Assembly (NCBI GenBank): GCA_020137815.1
Contig: CM035350.1
Coordinates: 3,844,001 to 3,908,000, forward strand
DNA: 64,000 bases
Reading direction: 5' to 3'
Source of the DNA: Hormiphora californensis
Taxonomy: Eukaryota; Animalia; Ctenophora
The notes beneath the pieces were generated by a model that worked only from the letters and a program-made list of their open reading frames with translations, had not been told where the DNA came from and ran no database searches. This document shows, piece after piece, positions 63,953 to 64,000 of this stretch (its first letter is position 1; each line of letters opens with the position of its first letter). The position numbers were made by a program, and so were the translations under genes.

Positions 63953-64000
63953 GTGGGGTGTCTTCGTGGAGTGTCTGGGAGTGACATTTAGTGCAGCCCT

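Overview
Intron-containing eukaryotic (animal) DNA, rich in microsatellites, MITEs and foldback transposons. The nested intronic genes and splice acceptors just upstream of start codons resemble a ctenophore genome (inference only). Minus strand, right to left: a Polycomb PCGF gene (RING + RAWUL, 9 exons) with an unexpected N-terminal RAG1-like Zn domain; three GNAT acetyltransferase copies plus a partial second PCGF copy (segmental or haplotypic duplication); an 8-exon GRASP55/65 (GORASP) gene of about 23.5 kb; and an EXD1-like inactive exonuclease running off the left edge. Plus strand at the right end: EBP2, a two-pore K+ channel and a FAM120-like gene. The GRASP introns hold (i) three tandem antisense genes for short, PAZ-less, catalytically dead Argonaute (L2-MID-PIWI) proteins, (ii) a nested type I membrane protein gene and (iii) a 4.2 kb 45-bp minisatellite made of about 92 copies of the exon-3 splice acceptor. 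Bases ~8400-12430 look like low-quality, homopolymer-inflated sequence. All exon structures were read by eye from GT/AG signals and reading frame; no searches were run.
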